NCBI GenBank assembly: GCA_951406725.2
Contig: OX597821.1
Span: 35,278,001 to 35,342,000, forward strand
DNA: 64,000 nt
From: Octopus vulgaris
Lineage: Eukaryota
Reading direction: 5' to 3'
Shown: in pieces, positions 28,977 through 42,482 of the stretch
How positions within the stretch are numbered: position 1 is the stretch's first letter
Layout of the letters: the number at the start of each line of letters is the position of its first letter
Notes under the pieces: generated by a model
Seen by the model: the letters and a program-made list of their open reading frames with translations, nothing else
Database searches by the model: none
Told to the model about the DNA's origin: nothing
Made by a program: the position numbers and the translations under genes

Positions 28977-29175
28977 ATGCTAATATTAAGATCATAATGA
29001 AACAAAGGGTTGTATATTATATTATAAACTGGGAGTAACGGTTTCGCGTCTTACGCTTATCAAAATCAGAAATCTCTAAAGTTTGATAAGCGTAAAACTC
29101 GAAACCGGTATTCCCAGTTTGATATATAATATTGTAATTCAACTCTTTGCTTCATTATGATCTTAATATTAGCAT
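28977..29175. mobile_element. Fold-back element with a hammerhead-like motif on each arm
   Basis: Arms 28977-29064 and 29082-29175 are reverse complements; each arm reads TTGATAA-GCGTAA(G/A)AC(G/T)C-GAAACCG(T/G)TA. Confidence 0.7.
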
Positions 29176-29216
29176 AACTTTAATTATACAAAACTCCTCT
29201 TTAATCTTTTTTTTTT

Positions 29217-29622
29217 CTCTTTTACTCTTTTACTTGTTTCAGTCATTTGACTGTGGCCATGCTGGAGCACCGCCTTTAGTCGAGCAAATCGACCGCAGGA
29301 CTTATTCTTTGTAAGCCCAGTACTTATTCTATCGGTCTCTTTTGCCGAACCGCTAAGTGACGGGGACGTAAACACACCAGCATCGGTTGTTAAGCAATGC
29401 TAGGGGGACAAACACAGACACACAAACACAAACATATATATATATATATACACAAATATACGACAGGCTTCTTTCAGTTTCCGTCTACCAAATCCACTCA
29501 AAAGGCATTGGTCGGCCCGGGGCTATAGCAGAAGACACTTGCCCAAGATGCCACGCAGTGGGACTGAACCCGGAACCATGTGGTTGGTTAGCAAGCTACT
29601 TACCACACAGCCACTCTGTGCG
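29217..29622 (-). mobile_element. SINE family C, full length
   Basis: Reverse complement of the 19330-type element, including the 3' end GGCCACAGTCAAATGACTGAAACAAGTAAAAGAG. Confidence 0.92.
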
Positions 29623-29643
29623 TTTTTAAATAATTTTCTTTCT

Positions 29644-29736
<93 letters not shown>

Positions 29737-29759
29737 ATATATCAATATGTGTGTCTTTA

Positions 29760-29975
29760 TGTGTGTTTGTCCCCCACTACCGGTTGACAACCGATGTTAG
29801 TGTGTTTACCTCCCAGTAACGTAGCGGTTCGACAAAGCGAGACCGATATAATAAGCGCCAGGCTTAAAGAATAGAGTCCTGGTGTCGATTTGTTCGACTG
29901 AAAAATTCTTCTAGGCGATGCCCCTGCATGGCCGCAGTCAAATGACTGAAACAAGTAAAAGAATAAAAGAATAAT
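29760..29975 (+). mobile_element. SINE family C 3' half
   Basis: TTGACAACCGATG...GCATGGCCGCAGTCAAATGACTGAAACAAGTAAAAG. Confidence 0.85.
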
Positions 29976-30182
29976 AAAGATGACAACAGCAAGGATGTCT
30001 AATACTTGACACAAAAACACAGACGTTGTCAGTGAAGGCTACTCGTTTTTGTCTGCCTCACTTGTTTGATTGATAATTTAACTTGTCGGCTTTAAAAGAT
30101 GAAAGACAGTGGGTTTTGAATTGCGAAAATAAAGTGACATTAAAGAATTACCAGAAGAAAATTTCGTCTGAGACTCTACTTA

Positions 30183-31137
30183 CCGTAAAGCCTCGAGTAT
30201 ACTCCGCTCTTGAGGGATCTTTTTCAGTTTGAACGGCAGTTTTTAACATAATTTCTAGGTAACTAAAAAATTTTAAACTTCGTATACTGGTAGAATGTGT
30301 TTAAAAAACATTTTTTCTCTTGGCTTTATTGAGAAAATTCTATAGTTTGCAAGATATTTGTTGTTTTTTTTCTTCAATTTCTGCAATTTCAACCACTCAA
30401 TGACGTTTATTGAGGTAAAAACATTCTGTGCTGTATGAATATGTCCCTCATTTAAGAAAAAGATTGGGTTTATTTACATTTGTGAAGAAAAAAATATACC
30501 CTTCCCCCCACTCCTAACCCTAACCCTAACTAACCCTAACTAACCCTAACCCTAAAACAGATTGAAATGCATTAGATCGATACTAGGGTCATAATTATGG
30601 GTGACAATTTCATATGACACCGCTAGAAAAAACTGCCGTTCAAACCGAAGAGACCCCCCTTGAGTATAATATACAAGAGATTTTTAGGAGGCTGCATCTC
30701 TGAAAAACCTATACCTTGTCTAACTTGAGTCAATGAGGTCTATATAACGTCTTTGGTTTGTAAAAATGTATACGGTAACGTCCTTTATTATTATTGAATA
30801 TATAACAAAATGCAAGTGTGTAGCTTTTTTGTGCGTTTTGTTTTCAGAAAATAAAGAAATAACAGTAATAACAGTAATAATGTTTAATAAATGTTGCCTA
30901 CTGCAAGTTAAGGATGATACTTTTATGACATCACCGCTTTCAAGCTTAGCTTAAGGTATTTTCGCGCCCGACATCACAAAATGCGTCTGAATACACATAG
31001 CCAGACAGCAAATAGAGACTCGGACATTGCTTAGAAAATAATTTTCAATTCTAACCTCGTATATGGTACGCACTAGGGATTTTGACCTTTAAATTTGCGG
31101 GGGGGTGTGTGTGCGGATTATACTCGAGGATTTACGG
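30183..31137. mobile_element. Non-autonomous Tc2/pogo-like DNA transposon (hosts MITE copy 3)
   Basis: 25-bp TIRs CCGTAAAGCCTCGAGTATACTCCGC and GCGGATTATACTCGAGGATTTACGG (2 mismatches), with TA on both sides. Confidence 0.8.
30215..30656. mobile_element. MITE (Merlin-like), copy 3
   Basis: Family TIRs; TSD CTCTTGAG/CCCTTGAG; internal CCCTAA repeats. Confidence 0.9.
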
Positions 31138-31309
31138 TAATATTTCAACTTTCGAATTCAAATACTTATAAGTAAGGATTGATTGTAAAAAAACATAGAG
31201 TATGAATAAATATCAATTAGCTTGGAGAGGGATGAACACAAGTGCTTTATACTGTTCATAGCCGTGGCAACCAGCAATCAATAAAGCGTTATCATACCAG
31301 AGGATGATC

Positions 31310-31759
31310 ATGGTGGTGGTGGCGGCGGTGGTGGTAGTGTTGGTGGTGGTGGTGGATGCTGCTGCTGATAATGATGACGATGATGACGCAGATGGCAATG
31401 GTGATAAATAAGACGACGGTAATCATGATGATGATAGGGATGATAATAATGATTATGGTGATGATGGCGATAATTATGAAGACAACTACAATGATGATGA
31501 TGATGATGATAACTGATGATGACGATGATGATGGTGATGGTGGTGGTGGTTGTGGTAGTGGTGGATAGTGATGGTGATGATGATGATGATGATGTTGATG
31601 ATGATGATGAAGCTCATCAGCTCATGCGCTCAACCAAATCGGCGCTATAATTACAAATACAACAACCTTCACCACCACGACAAATACTACCACCACGGCG
31701 AACAACATCATCATCAGTTATAAAAGACGGCAGTAACAAAAATAGCAGTAACAGCAATA

Positions 31760-31830
<71 letters not shown>
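31310..31830. repeat. (GGT)/(GAT)/(ACT) compound trinucleotide repeats
   Basis: Direct reading. Confidence 0.9.
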
Positions 31831-31832
<2 letters not shown>

Positions 31833-32026
31833 GAGCAACAAGCAATAGCAAAGTGGTCTCTGACAGCAGACGTTCTGCATAACGCTGCGTGAATATTGAT
31901 ATGGAATATCAGTTAAATTTAAGTCTGAAAACTTCATGAAACATTCGGTTATAACAAACCATGCGTATATCGTCAGAAAATCCACAACTATATACCGACA
32001 AACATACACACAAACACAGAAACTCT

Positions 32027-32268
<242 letters not shown>

Positions 32269-33169
32269 CAAATGTATACACGCATATTGATATATACATA
32301 CATGTGTATATATATATTTATGTGCATATATATATATTTATATATATATATACACATATATAAGCATATATTTGTATATCTATGCATGCATATACATATA
32401 TACAGACATACATGCATACATATATATATATTTAAATATACATATACATATATACATTATCATATATATTAATCCATATATAGAGAAACAAAGCTAGATA
32501 TACTTATTCGCACACACACACACACACACGCACACATGTATATATATATGCATTTGTATATGTATTTGTATACATATATGTATACATACATATATGCATG
32601 GATATATATTAATGTATATCCATACATATTTATATATGTATACGCGTATACATATGCATGCTTGTATAAAAACACACACAAAGATGCATTGTCGTAAACA
32701 CAGAAGCATTTCCGCATAAGTATCCATATACAAACTGTAGACGTAACTTCAAATTTAGACGATTTGAAGTAACGCGATGTCGCTATACTTAAAACATTAA
32801 ATTTCAGACATAAAACAGACATTAAGCTACCATAGATATCGATTTGGACGGACGGACTATATATACAGAGATGTGACTTTGAAATATTTGAGGAGTAGTT
32901 TGATTGTTCCATTTCGACAATTCATACTCCCTCTCTCGACACTAGCACACGCGCATACACACACACAGAGGCGGAAATACATATACACACATATGTACCT
33001 ATTTTGATAGATGGCCACACACATATATCTATTGATATATTCACTTACAGGATCGTATGTCTGTCTTTTATATAAACATACATTCAACTATCTTTCAATC
33101 ATTCCCTAGCCTCTCCCTCTCACTGACTGACTGACTTTATCTCTCTCTCTCTCTCTATGTATCTATCTA

Positions 33170-33325
33170 GGGAAAGTTTACGAAAAAAACAAAAGACGAA
33201 GACAGGTGGTGTACAAAACAAACAGATGTATTAGTATAACGCTCAGGAATAGAAAAAGTCTTACGTTTCGAGCCTACGATCTTCTACAGAAAGGTACACA
33301 GAAAAAACATGGACAGAAAACAGTG
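33170..33325 (-). mobile_element. Second copy of the 4506-4665 repeat
   Basis: Reverse complement of 4506-4665 (TACGTTTCGAGCCTACGATCTTC, GACGAAGACAGGTGGTG). Confidence 0.7.
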
Positions 33326-33384
33326 TGTGTATTGACTAACGATCTATCATGACGTCTCCTATCTATCTATCTATCTATGTATCT

Positions 33385-34031
33385 TCATCATCCTTGTGAC
33401 TATGGCGAAAGAATGTATCTGGTGGACGCGTCCGAAAGGATTGGAGACAAACACTTTCCTCTCTGGTCAACCTCTCATCAACTTCTTCAAGTACCACTTG
33501 AAAAGGAATGTGAGAGTAGAGAGGCAAGTTTTGTCTAGCGAATGTTTTAAAAAAAGATGGGTGAATGTAGCAAGGATGGCACGTATGAATGACGAAGCCA
33601 CCTTGAGCATAATCCTATGAACCCAGAAATTGAAAACAGGTTACCCACTTGCAAACAAATGTGGTAACATATAACAATATTGACCAAGGTTACCGTGGTC
33701 CTTTTGGTAGGCTTTTCTTCCCACGGATAAACCTTACTTGCTTTCCCCTTTACACCATATATCATAACACTGTGATACACGATCCCTATTGATCGTTTTT
33801 CTTTTCCTCTTCCCCGTTTTTTCCCGTTTTTTCTTCTTTTTTCATTTCTCTTTTCTTTTGTTCCTTTTCCTTTTCTTTTTTATTCTTTTTTTATTATCCC
33901 TTTTGATCGAAAACCTACGCCACCTTTTTTTGTTTCTTTCGTTTTTTTGTTTTTTTTCATCCCCCAAAAGAAAAGCTTTACCTTGTAACTTGTTCCATCT
34001 GTGTGCAGCCCTATGTGGCCAATAAAGAAAC
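33385..34031 (+). mobile_element. 5'-truncated Tx1/L1-like LINE 3' end within a (TATC)n tract
   Basis: ORF2 C-terminal pattern AKECIWWTR...VRVER...FKKRW, stop at 33620, T-rich 3' UTR ending GTGGCCAATAAAGAAAC, then (TATC)n; TATC repeats also lie on the left. Confidence 0.7.
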
Positions 34032-34126
<95 letters not shown>

Positions 34127-34174
34127 ACCATGTATATATACATGTATGTATGTCTGTATCTAGTTATCTATCTT

Positions 34175-34226
<52 letters not shown>

Positions 34227-34513
34227 ACCATGTATATATGCATGTATGTATGTATGTATGTATGTATGTATGTATGTATGTATGTATGTATGTATGTATG
34301 TTTCTATCTATCTGTCTGCTGTGCCGTAGTGTATGTACGCATGCGTGTATATTTATGTACAAACGCATATTCATAAACATGTGGTATAGTGGTGGTCAAC
34401 AATCTTCTATTCTATAACATAATCATAGCATATCTATAAGCAAAAACTTTACATCATAAGTCAGCAGCCGTTGAATGTCATTCGCGCCATTCAGACGTAA
34501 CGCTTAGTCTCTT

Positions 34514-34977
34514 GGATCTTTTCGGTTTGAACGGCAGTTTTTAACATAATTTCTAGGTAAATAAAAATTTTTTAACTTCGTATACTGGTAGAATGTATTT
34601 ATAAAACAGCTTTTTCTCTTGGCTTTATTGAGAAAATTGCATAGTTTGTAAGACATTTGTTGTTTTTTTCTTCAATTTCTTCAATTTCTGCAATTTCAAC
34701 CAATCAATGACCGTCTATTGACGTAAAAAACATTCTGTGCCGTATGAATATGTCCCTCGTTTAAGAAACAGATTGGGTTTATTTACATTTGTGAAGAAAA
34801 GAAGATACCCTTCCTCCCCACCCCTAGCTCTAACTCTAACTAACCCTAACTAACCGTATCTAACCCCAACCCTAAAACAGATTGAAATGCAATAGATCGA
34901 TACTAGGGTCATAATTATGGGTGACAATTTCATATGACACCGCTAGAAAAAAACTGCCGTTCAAACCGAAAAGATCC
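34514..34977. mobile_element. MITE (Merlin-like), copy 4
   Basis: Intact TIRs; no recognisable TSD. Confidence 0.9.
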
Positions 34978-35269
34978 TAATTTTGTATTTTATTCGATCG
35001 AATATCATGTAATTATATTTTTCATGTTTGGTGGACAATTTCCTGTAACGTTGAATAGATGGCAAAGGTTTATTACTTAGCTATGAGTCAAATTGAATTA
35101 TGTTAGATTGGACTTGAGTTTTTCGACACGATGATTTTCACACAACTTTTCATGGTAGAAGGTACGTGTTAGAAATTTCTCTCTGTCCGCTTGATTTTAC
35201 TGGATATATGTATATTTAACAATAGGTTAGAGATGCTGTTGCTAATATTCTTGCTTAGGTTTTTTTTTA

Positions 35270-35650
35270 TATAAACTTAGATAAACTCATATCTGAGTTA
35301 GAATGGTCCAGGCCATGTCTAATTTAATATAGCACCACCTGATAGGATGATCTAAATCCTTTTTAAGTCAAGTTTTGTTTATGGTCCATTCACTTAGTGA
35401 GTTCTCGTTGAGTGAGTTGTATCGAGGTATGAGTGGCTTATCTGGTATTCCTTGAAGAAATCTGTCCAGACACCGTTTAAAGGTGATGGGATCCTTTTAC
35501 CTCTTCGATCAGTCTTGGGACAATGTTAAACAGGGAAGGACCTGTTGAGGAAAAGAAATTATGTCACTGTGTACCTATATGTGGTGATCCAGCATTGGGC
35601 AGGGGACGTATGGCCCATGGTCCCAGCTTTGATGAACCTTGAAACTAATG
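35270..35650 (-). mobile_element. CR1-type LINE 3' end fragment
   Basis: The minus strand encodes HNFFSSTGPSLFNIVP..KDPITFKRCLDRFLQGIPDKP..PRYNSLNENSL, resembling invertebrate CR1 ORF2 C-termini. Confidence 0.7.
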
Positions 35651-36400
35651 TTCAGCGCCTAAAGAACAACAAGGTCAATAAACCCCAGAAGAACCACCAT
35701 ACTCCCAAGTCCCGCACGTGTTTTCTAAAGCTACCACACTTTGACGACAGAACTACTGCAGCAATAAAACACGCAGTCCGCAGGGAAGGACTCGACATAC
35801 AGATAGTGCACATCGGCCCTTCCCTGAGAATAGCTCTGTCCAAGAACAACACCTGTCAATACTCCGAGAAGTGCACATTATCGAACTGCCCCATCGATGA
35901 CCATGAATTCTGTCAGAGGGCTTATGTTGTATATGGAATCATCTGTGGCAAATGTGGCGCATCCTACATAGGAAGCACGACAAGGAAACTGCATGTACGC
36001 ATTAAGCAACGCAAGCAGGGAGACATTTCTGTGAAAAAATATCTACGAAAATGTCAGACCCGGGAATTCACAGTGCATATCAAAGCAACACAGCGGAACA
36101 GGGGCAACTTTAGAAGCTCTGAGGCCATCCTCATACACCAAAAGAAACCTAAGATCAACAATAGAAAAGAGTTACAGGAAGCTAGCTGGTTGCTATAGCT
36201 ACACATTTCCTCGCTTGTCCACTCCACTCACGCTCACATACACGCACATTGGCAACAATCATCAATTTCTTGAAAACGGGGTCATAACCACGAAATATTA
36301 AATACAAGGTAAGTCTACATTAATTCACATATTTGTTTTCTTGTGATTTACCTTGCCTTTATTTCGTATAGTTTTGGCCATACGCACAATCCTTTATAGA
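35650..36400 (+). mobile_element. Penelope-like element 3' fragment encoding GIY-YIG endonuclease (stop at 36198)
   Basis: FLKLPHF, C-x4-C, VVYGIICGKCGASYIGSTTRKLHVRI and EAILI...PKIN; a degenerate hammerhead-like motif lies at 36265-36303. Confidence 0.85.
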
Positions 36401-36441
36401 ATATACTCTACGCAATGTTTCGTAGTAATTATTCCGTTATA

Positions 36442-36472
<31 letters not shown>

Positions 36473-36829
36473 CATACATGTGTGTGTATGCATATTATAT
36501 ATAAATGGATCTACATGACCCACTTAATTGTACATTCTTGCACACATGCATAATGTAAATAGGCATGCAAAGAACTACCAAGAAAAACATTTCTTCCCGC
36601 GGGGGCTGTTTTATGACGCATGCATTTTATTCACTGAAATCGAAATGTGTCAAATTTTAATTATATATCTCTTACCATAGATCATTTCGTGTTTTTCAGA
36701 ACACCAAATGATTTTCTGAAACAGAAAAGTATTCCTAAAGGAGTGGAAAAATATCGCAAAATTTCTTTGCAGCTCCAGTTATTCATGCTAGACTACCAAC
36801 AACAATAGCAGACACGTAAAATTACAGAA

Positions 36830-37270
36830 ATCTGAGATAATGAAAGTGCATCATATGTGTCAGAATATTTTGTTGGTTTTCTGCAAAGAAAAAGAAATTC
36901 AATTTGCACACTGTCAGCATCATGTTATGATTCTATCAGCAGAGTGTCAAATTGTCGAATATATTTTGCAGTTCCTCTTGATTTTCGATAAGCATTCCAA
37001 TGTTATCTACTTCAATATCTATTGTAGAATAATATCTCACCTCTACACCATGATGGTGATGTTAAAGCGAATAACAATGTTGAAGCAGAGCAGGTTACTC
37101 TCGTCTCCCCACTTCTAGACTCTGACATAAGTTTTCAGCACATATTGTAGAGTGAAGAAGATGCCGTTGAGATTTAGCGCAAATAATTTTACTCTATTGA
37201 TCCTGATTGACCGACACGCAGTTAATATGCAATGCAATATCTGAGAGTCTGTACCATCATTTTTTGGAAC
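36830..37270 (-). mobile_element. Highly decayed LINE reverse transcriptase fragment
   Basis: The minus strand gives DNIGMLIENQEELQNIFDNL (cf. DDIALLAES.EELQ..L..L) and KLFALNLN, with multiple stops. Confidence 0.35.
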
Positions 37271-37279
37271 ATAGCGAAA

Positions 37280-37642
37280 TCTCTCTATATATAAACGGCA
37301 AAATGTCTGTGTGTGTATCCTTTATACAAATCCACAAATTTTCAGTTAGAGGGCTCGCACTTTCTATGGTCATTCAAACCCGTCCAAGGGTAGTCATGCA
37401 CATCTTTACATTTCCCCATTTACCCCGCAAAGCCATTAAAAGTCAATAGAAGTAACTATTTTCTGAATTTTCTATCCAAAACCCAATCAAAATGCCCGAA
37501 ACTTGATACGCCAATTGAATGCCAGCTAGCTGTATGTGATTGGTCGGAGATTTGGACAGTACTCGCATGTATGTGCGCACGCATGCAGCTGTATATGCAT
37601 GCACTAGCACTATGACCCAGCGTTGCCGGGTCATAGTGCTAG
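37280..37642 (+). mobile_element. Non-autonomous Helitron-like element
   Basis: 5' TCTCTCTATATATAAA after an A, a 3' hairpin, terminal CTAG followed by T, and no TSD. Confidence 0.75.
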
Positions 37643-38314
37643 TATATTATAGAAGTTTTCACTAGTTCTAAAAAAGGGATATCACTACATTGCAAAATTG
37701 CTTATCTGCACGAATGAATTCAATATTTGCCACCACATTGATGAGAAATTAGGGAGAGAATTTTCACTAATATACAAAGTAAGCCCTTATTCTTGGCTGC
37801 CATATTGATCCCATTCCTATGTCCTTGACCCAAAGAGAGTGGTACTCTTACTCAATATTTCCTTTATCAGGAAATCGATGGTTGAAAAAAAGAAAAATTC
37901 TCCTTACACTATTTTCAAAACAGATATCTTTCTTGAACTTTAAACTCACGACTTAAAGTTTGAAGTTCACAAATGTTTTCTGCTTGACATGTACGGATGT
38001 GTGTGTGTTGCATAATATGTTAATGATACATATTTTAATTTTGATCCTACAGAAACTGTTTCAAAGCCTGATAGCATGAACGAGAAATAAATCTATTTTC
38101 AGATTCATCTGGCAAATAATCTTAATAGGACCAAAAGTCAATCAAATCCACAAATCTACCATTGCAAATACCGCAAGTCAGGAAGGAGGTTCCACGAAAT
38201 GTAAGCCATCTTTCACGTTATGAAATAATGTTCTTTAAATCGTGTAATATATTAGTCCAATCAGGGCCTTTACTACAATTTGTGGTATTTGTGCTGGTGC
38301 TAGTGGTGGTGGTG

Positions 38315-38381
<67 letters not shown>

Positions 38382-38450
38382 TAGTTTCTTACTTATACTG
38401 TCACCTTGTCCTTCGGTGACCAGTCTGCTAGCAATACTTTTGGTCAAAAA

Positions 38451-38663
38451 AGGCGGCGAGCTGGCATAAACGTTAGCACGCCGGGCGAAATCCTTAGCGG
38501 TATTTCGTCTGTCTTTACGTTATGTTTTAAAATCCCGCCCAGGTCGACTTTGCCTTTCATCCTTTCGGGGTCGATAAATTAAGTACCAGTTGCGTACTAG
38601 TATCGATCTAATCGACTGGCCCCCTCCCCCAAAATTTTGGGCCTTGTGCCTAGAGTAGGAAAA
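38451..38663 (+). mobile_element. SINE family D monomer (tail B)
   Basis: Full copy; 17-bp TSD AATA(C/T)TTTTGGTCAAAA at 38433-38449 and 38664-38680. Confidence 0.92.
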
Positions 38664-38811
38664 AATATTTTTGGTCAAAAGTTCTAAAGTTTATATGTGC
38701 CAATTCGGCTAGCGTCACATCACTTTTTTATATGATTGTCTAAAAAAATCAAGTGTAGTTCCCTAATTATTCAGGAAATTCTCAACCTAAATAATTTTCT
38801 AATAATGGAGT

Positions 38812-39005
38812 TACATCGCTTGACAACCGATGCTGGTGTGTTTACGTCCTCGAAACTTAGCGGTTCAGCAAAAGAGACCGATATAATAAGTACTAGGCCA
38901 AAAAAAGAATAAGTCCTGGGGTAAATTTGCTCGACTAAAGGCGGTGCTCCAGCATGGTCACAGTCAAATGACTGAAACAAGTAAAAGAGTAAAAGAGTAA
39001 AAGAG
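38812..39005 (+). mobile_element. SINE family C 3' half
   Basis: CATCGCTTGACAACCGATGCTGG...(AGTAAAAG)3. Confidence 0.88.
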
Positions 39006-40205
39006 AATTCATTGTGGTAAGAAGACACCATAACATTATCCATAATCAGATAATATTCCTGACATTAACTTGAATTTATGGTTCACACTCACATGGCGCT
39101 GTAACAAGGTAAAGACTGATCTTTCGGTTTTTAGTAGTTGGGTTTACGTACCGAAACAGTAGTCTTTAATATGAAACTTGTAGTAACATATTAACAACAT
39201 TGGTCATTTAGACTATTTAACAAAAATAGCAGAATGGTTTTTATTATCAAGCATTTTACATATCATGTGGTTGATTCATTTGAAGTAAAATCCATTTTGT
39301 ATGAAGAGAATTACTGCATGGAGATAGTCATGCTGATAAGGAACCGAACCGCGTCAATGAAAGTTAAATAGTTTGGCCATGAAAGCAAATAATCACCGAC
39401 ATGTCTGCTTTGTATTCTGATGTTATGTAACTCATTGTTGCTGTGGTGAACATATATTTCCAGAAAACAATCGATGCGCTTAAATGAAGACCACTCCAGG
39501 CTAGGAACAACCTCAGACATTAATATCTAGTGATTAATAAAATTATGACTAGTCATTGTACACAATATTGTGTTATGCGACATTTAAGATATTACATGAC
39601 TCTGTCATGGAAATACTTTCACAACTTTAGCATATCTACTGCCAACCATTATAAATTTTGAGTTTGGACGTATTAAAGTAATGAATAATGCAATAAATGC
39701 CGTTGAAATGTCATAACATTGATGTAGCTAGTCTTCTTGGCAGCTGAAATTTATGACGCCTGAGAAAATAAATTTAACCGTTACTGTGAATGTTTGCATA
39801 ATATATATGAAACACGACGTTCTATATTGTTAAATATGATCCAAATTTCAGTCTTGCCAAACGTTTTAGCTATACAAACAGTTGATGTATCCTGACCAAA
39901 ATAAGAATGTGATAAACACGGACAACCGTATATTAATACTTACATCTCACTATCAATACACATGCATATGTACATATACATACATACAAACATGCATACA
40001 CAGACACAGACACAGACACAAACAGATACGCACACGCACACATAATAATAATAGGGATTCGAAGAATCAAACAGATCTCACATTAAACTCTCTGCCAAGA
40101 TTATGAAACAGTTGTAAAAAGAATGAAATAAACATCTAGTCTCGCACCCCATTTCTCTTGAATGTTCTCTCTCTCTCACTCTCTCTAACTCAGCATATAT
40201 ATATA

Positions 40206-40513
40206 TCACGTGATCACGTGACCGACCAGTCCATCAGATGCAGTTACACATCGCTGGTCACAATGCGTTCGCATTGATTTAGCCTTCGAATGATGCCACC
40301 CCGCTGGCTAAGCGAGCAGGCCAACAGAAGAAAGAGTGGGAGAAAGAGTGGTGAAAGAGTACAGCAGGGATCACCCCCCTCCCCACTGCCGGAGCCTCGT
40401 GGAGCTTTTAGGTGTTTTAGCTCAATAAACACTCACAACGCCCGGTCTGGGAATCGAAACCGCAATCCTACGACCGCGAGTCCGTTGCCCTAACCACTGG
40501 GCCATTGCGCCTC

Positions 40514-40514
<1 letters not shown>
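40206..40514 (-). mobile_element. SINE family A with tail 1
   Basis: Reverse complement reads GGAGGCGCAATGGCCCAGTGGTTAGGG...GGTCGGTCACGTGATCACGTGA. Confidence 0.92.
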
Positions 40515-40598
<84 letters not shown>

Positions 40599-40964
40599 TG
40601 TACATTATTTATGTATATTTATGCATACGAAACTAAATGGTTTAAGATAATATATAGCTGGAGACTTTGGACCAGTAACATAGGATGGATCAACTAAATT
40701 CTCGTGAGTAACTTTGCTAGATGGAACTTTATGGGAAGCAGAATCTTTATTTCGAACGGTAGACTTAATACTGTAAGACGGTTTAACTACACCACCTCAT
40801 TTTTATGTGTGCTGGATGGAGTTTTCTTTTTGTAAGCATTCGATTAGGTACTCGAATCGTTCAGTCAAAGTATATATATTTACACAGACAAATTCACGCG
40901 CTCACGCATTTACATATATAAATGTGTGTGTGTGTGTGTACATGTTCTGTGTAATCACCGTAAA

Positions 40965-41294
40965 GTGAGGGCGCGTGGCTTAGTGGTTAGGGCATTCGGC
41001 TCATGATCGTAAGGTTGTGAGTTCGATTCCCGGCGACGCGTTGTGTCCTTGAGTAAGACACTTTATTTCACGTTGCTCCAGTCCACTCAGCTGGCAAAAA
41101 TGAGTTGTACTTGTATTTCAAAGGGTCAGCCTTGTCACTCTCTGTGTCACGCTGATTATCCCCGAGAACTACGTTAAGGGTACACGTGTCTGTGGAATGC
41201 TCAGCCATTTGCACGTTAATTTCACGAGCAAGCTGTTCCGTTGATCGTATAAGCTGGGACCCTCGTCGTCGTAACCGGCGGAGTCTTTTTTTTT
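40965..41294 (+). mobile_element. SINE family B (CORE-like) with tail 2, full length
   Basis: A box TAGTGGTTAG, B box GAGTTCGATTCC, GTGTCCTTGAGTAAGACACTT; 13-bp TSD TAATCACCGTAAA at 40952-40964 and 41295-41307. Confidence 0.92.
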
Positions 41295-41967
41295 TAATCA
41301 CCGTAAAACCAGATCTACTAGTGACTAAGTCTCCTGTGTAACCCACCGGTGTGTACTCTCCGACAAATTCAGTGAAAGCAGTGTTAGCAATTTTCCAATA
41401 CTTTCGACTATACCTGGCATAAAAATTTCCTATGAAAAATGTATTTCCATCGGATGTTATTACCTCTCGTTCCTGAATCGCTAGCTTTTGATGACGTCAT
41501 CGTATCACGTGTTTATGCAGTTCATTCTCTTCGTTACCATATAAAACTCTGGTGGGCTTGAGAGTCCTCAAGTGAGCTTACGACCACTTGTCTCCTTCAA
41601 AAATCCGAAAGCCTAAGTTAGAAGCCTCATAGCCGCTTCAAATGTAGCGTCAGACTGCAACTGGTGAAAGCACGTGAAGGTCAAACGCATCACTCATTTC
41701 TCCGGGCACAATAAGAAATACGTATATACATGCATACACACACGCGCGCATGCACGCACGCACGCACACACACACACACACACACACACATTCCATTTTG
41801 GCCGAGTCAGCTAGTTGCTATTCCGAGTTTCACACGGGCCCTTTAGATGCATCTTGCTTGAAGGCCGCGTCTTACTACAGACGACAAGAAACTAACTCCT
41901 AACTCAACGAAAGTATCTCTGCTATGATATCGAGTATTATTTTTACGACAGTCAACACAAAAAGGGC

Positions 41968-42112
<145 letters not shown>

Positions 42113-42123
42113 CGCGTGTGTGT

Positions 42124-42426
42124 GGAGGCGCAATGCCCCAGTGGTTAGGGCAGCGTACTTGTGGTCGTAGGATCGCGGTTTCGATTCCCAGACCGGGCTT
42201 TGTGAGTATTTATTGAGCGAAAACACCTAAATTTCCACGAGGCTCCGGCAGAAGGTGGTGGCGATCCCTGTTGTACCCTTTCGCCCCAACTTTCTCTCAC
42301 TCTTTCCTCTGTTGGCCTGCTCGCTTAGCCAGCGGGGTGGCGTCATTTGAAGGCAAAAACAATGCGAAGCGCATTGTGACTAGCGATGTGTAGCAACATC
42401 TGATAGCCTGGTCGGTCACGGTGACG

Positions 42427-42430
<4 letters not shown>
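42124..42430 (+). mobile_element. SINE family A with tail 1
   Basis: Same family as 40206-40514; embedded in (TA)n. Confidence 0.92.
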
Positions 42431-42482
<52 letters not shown>

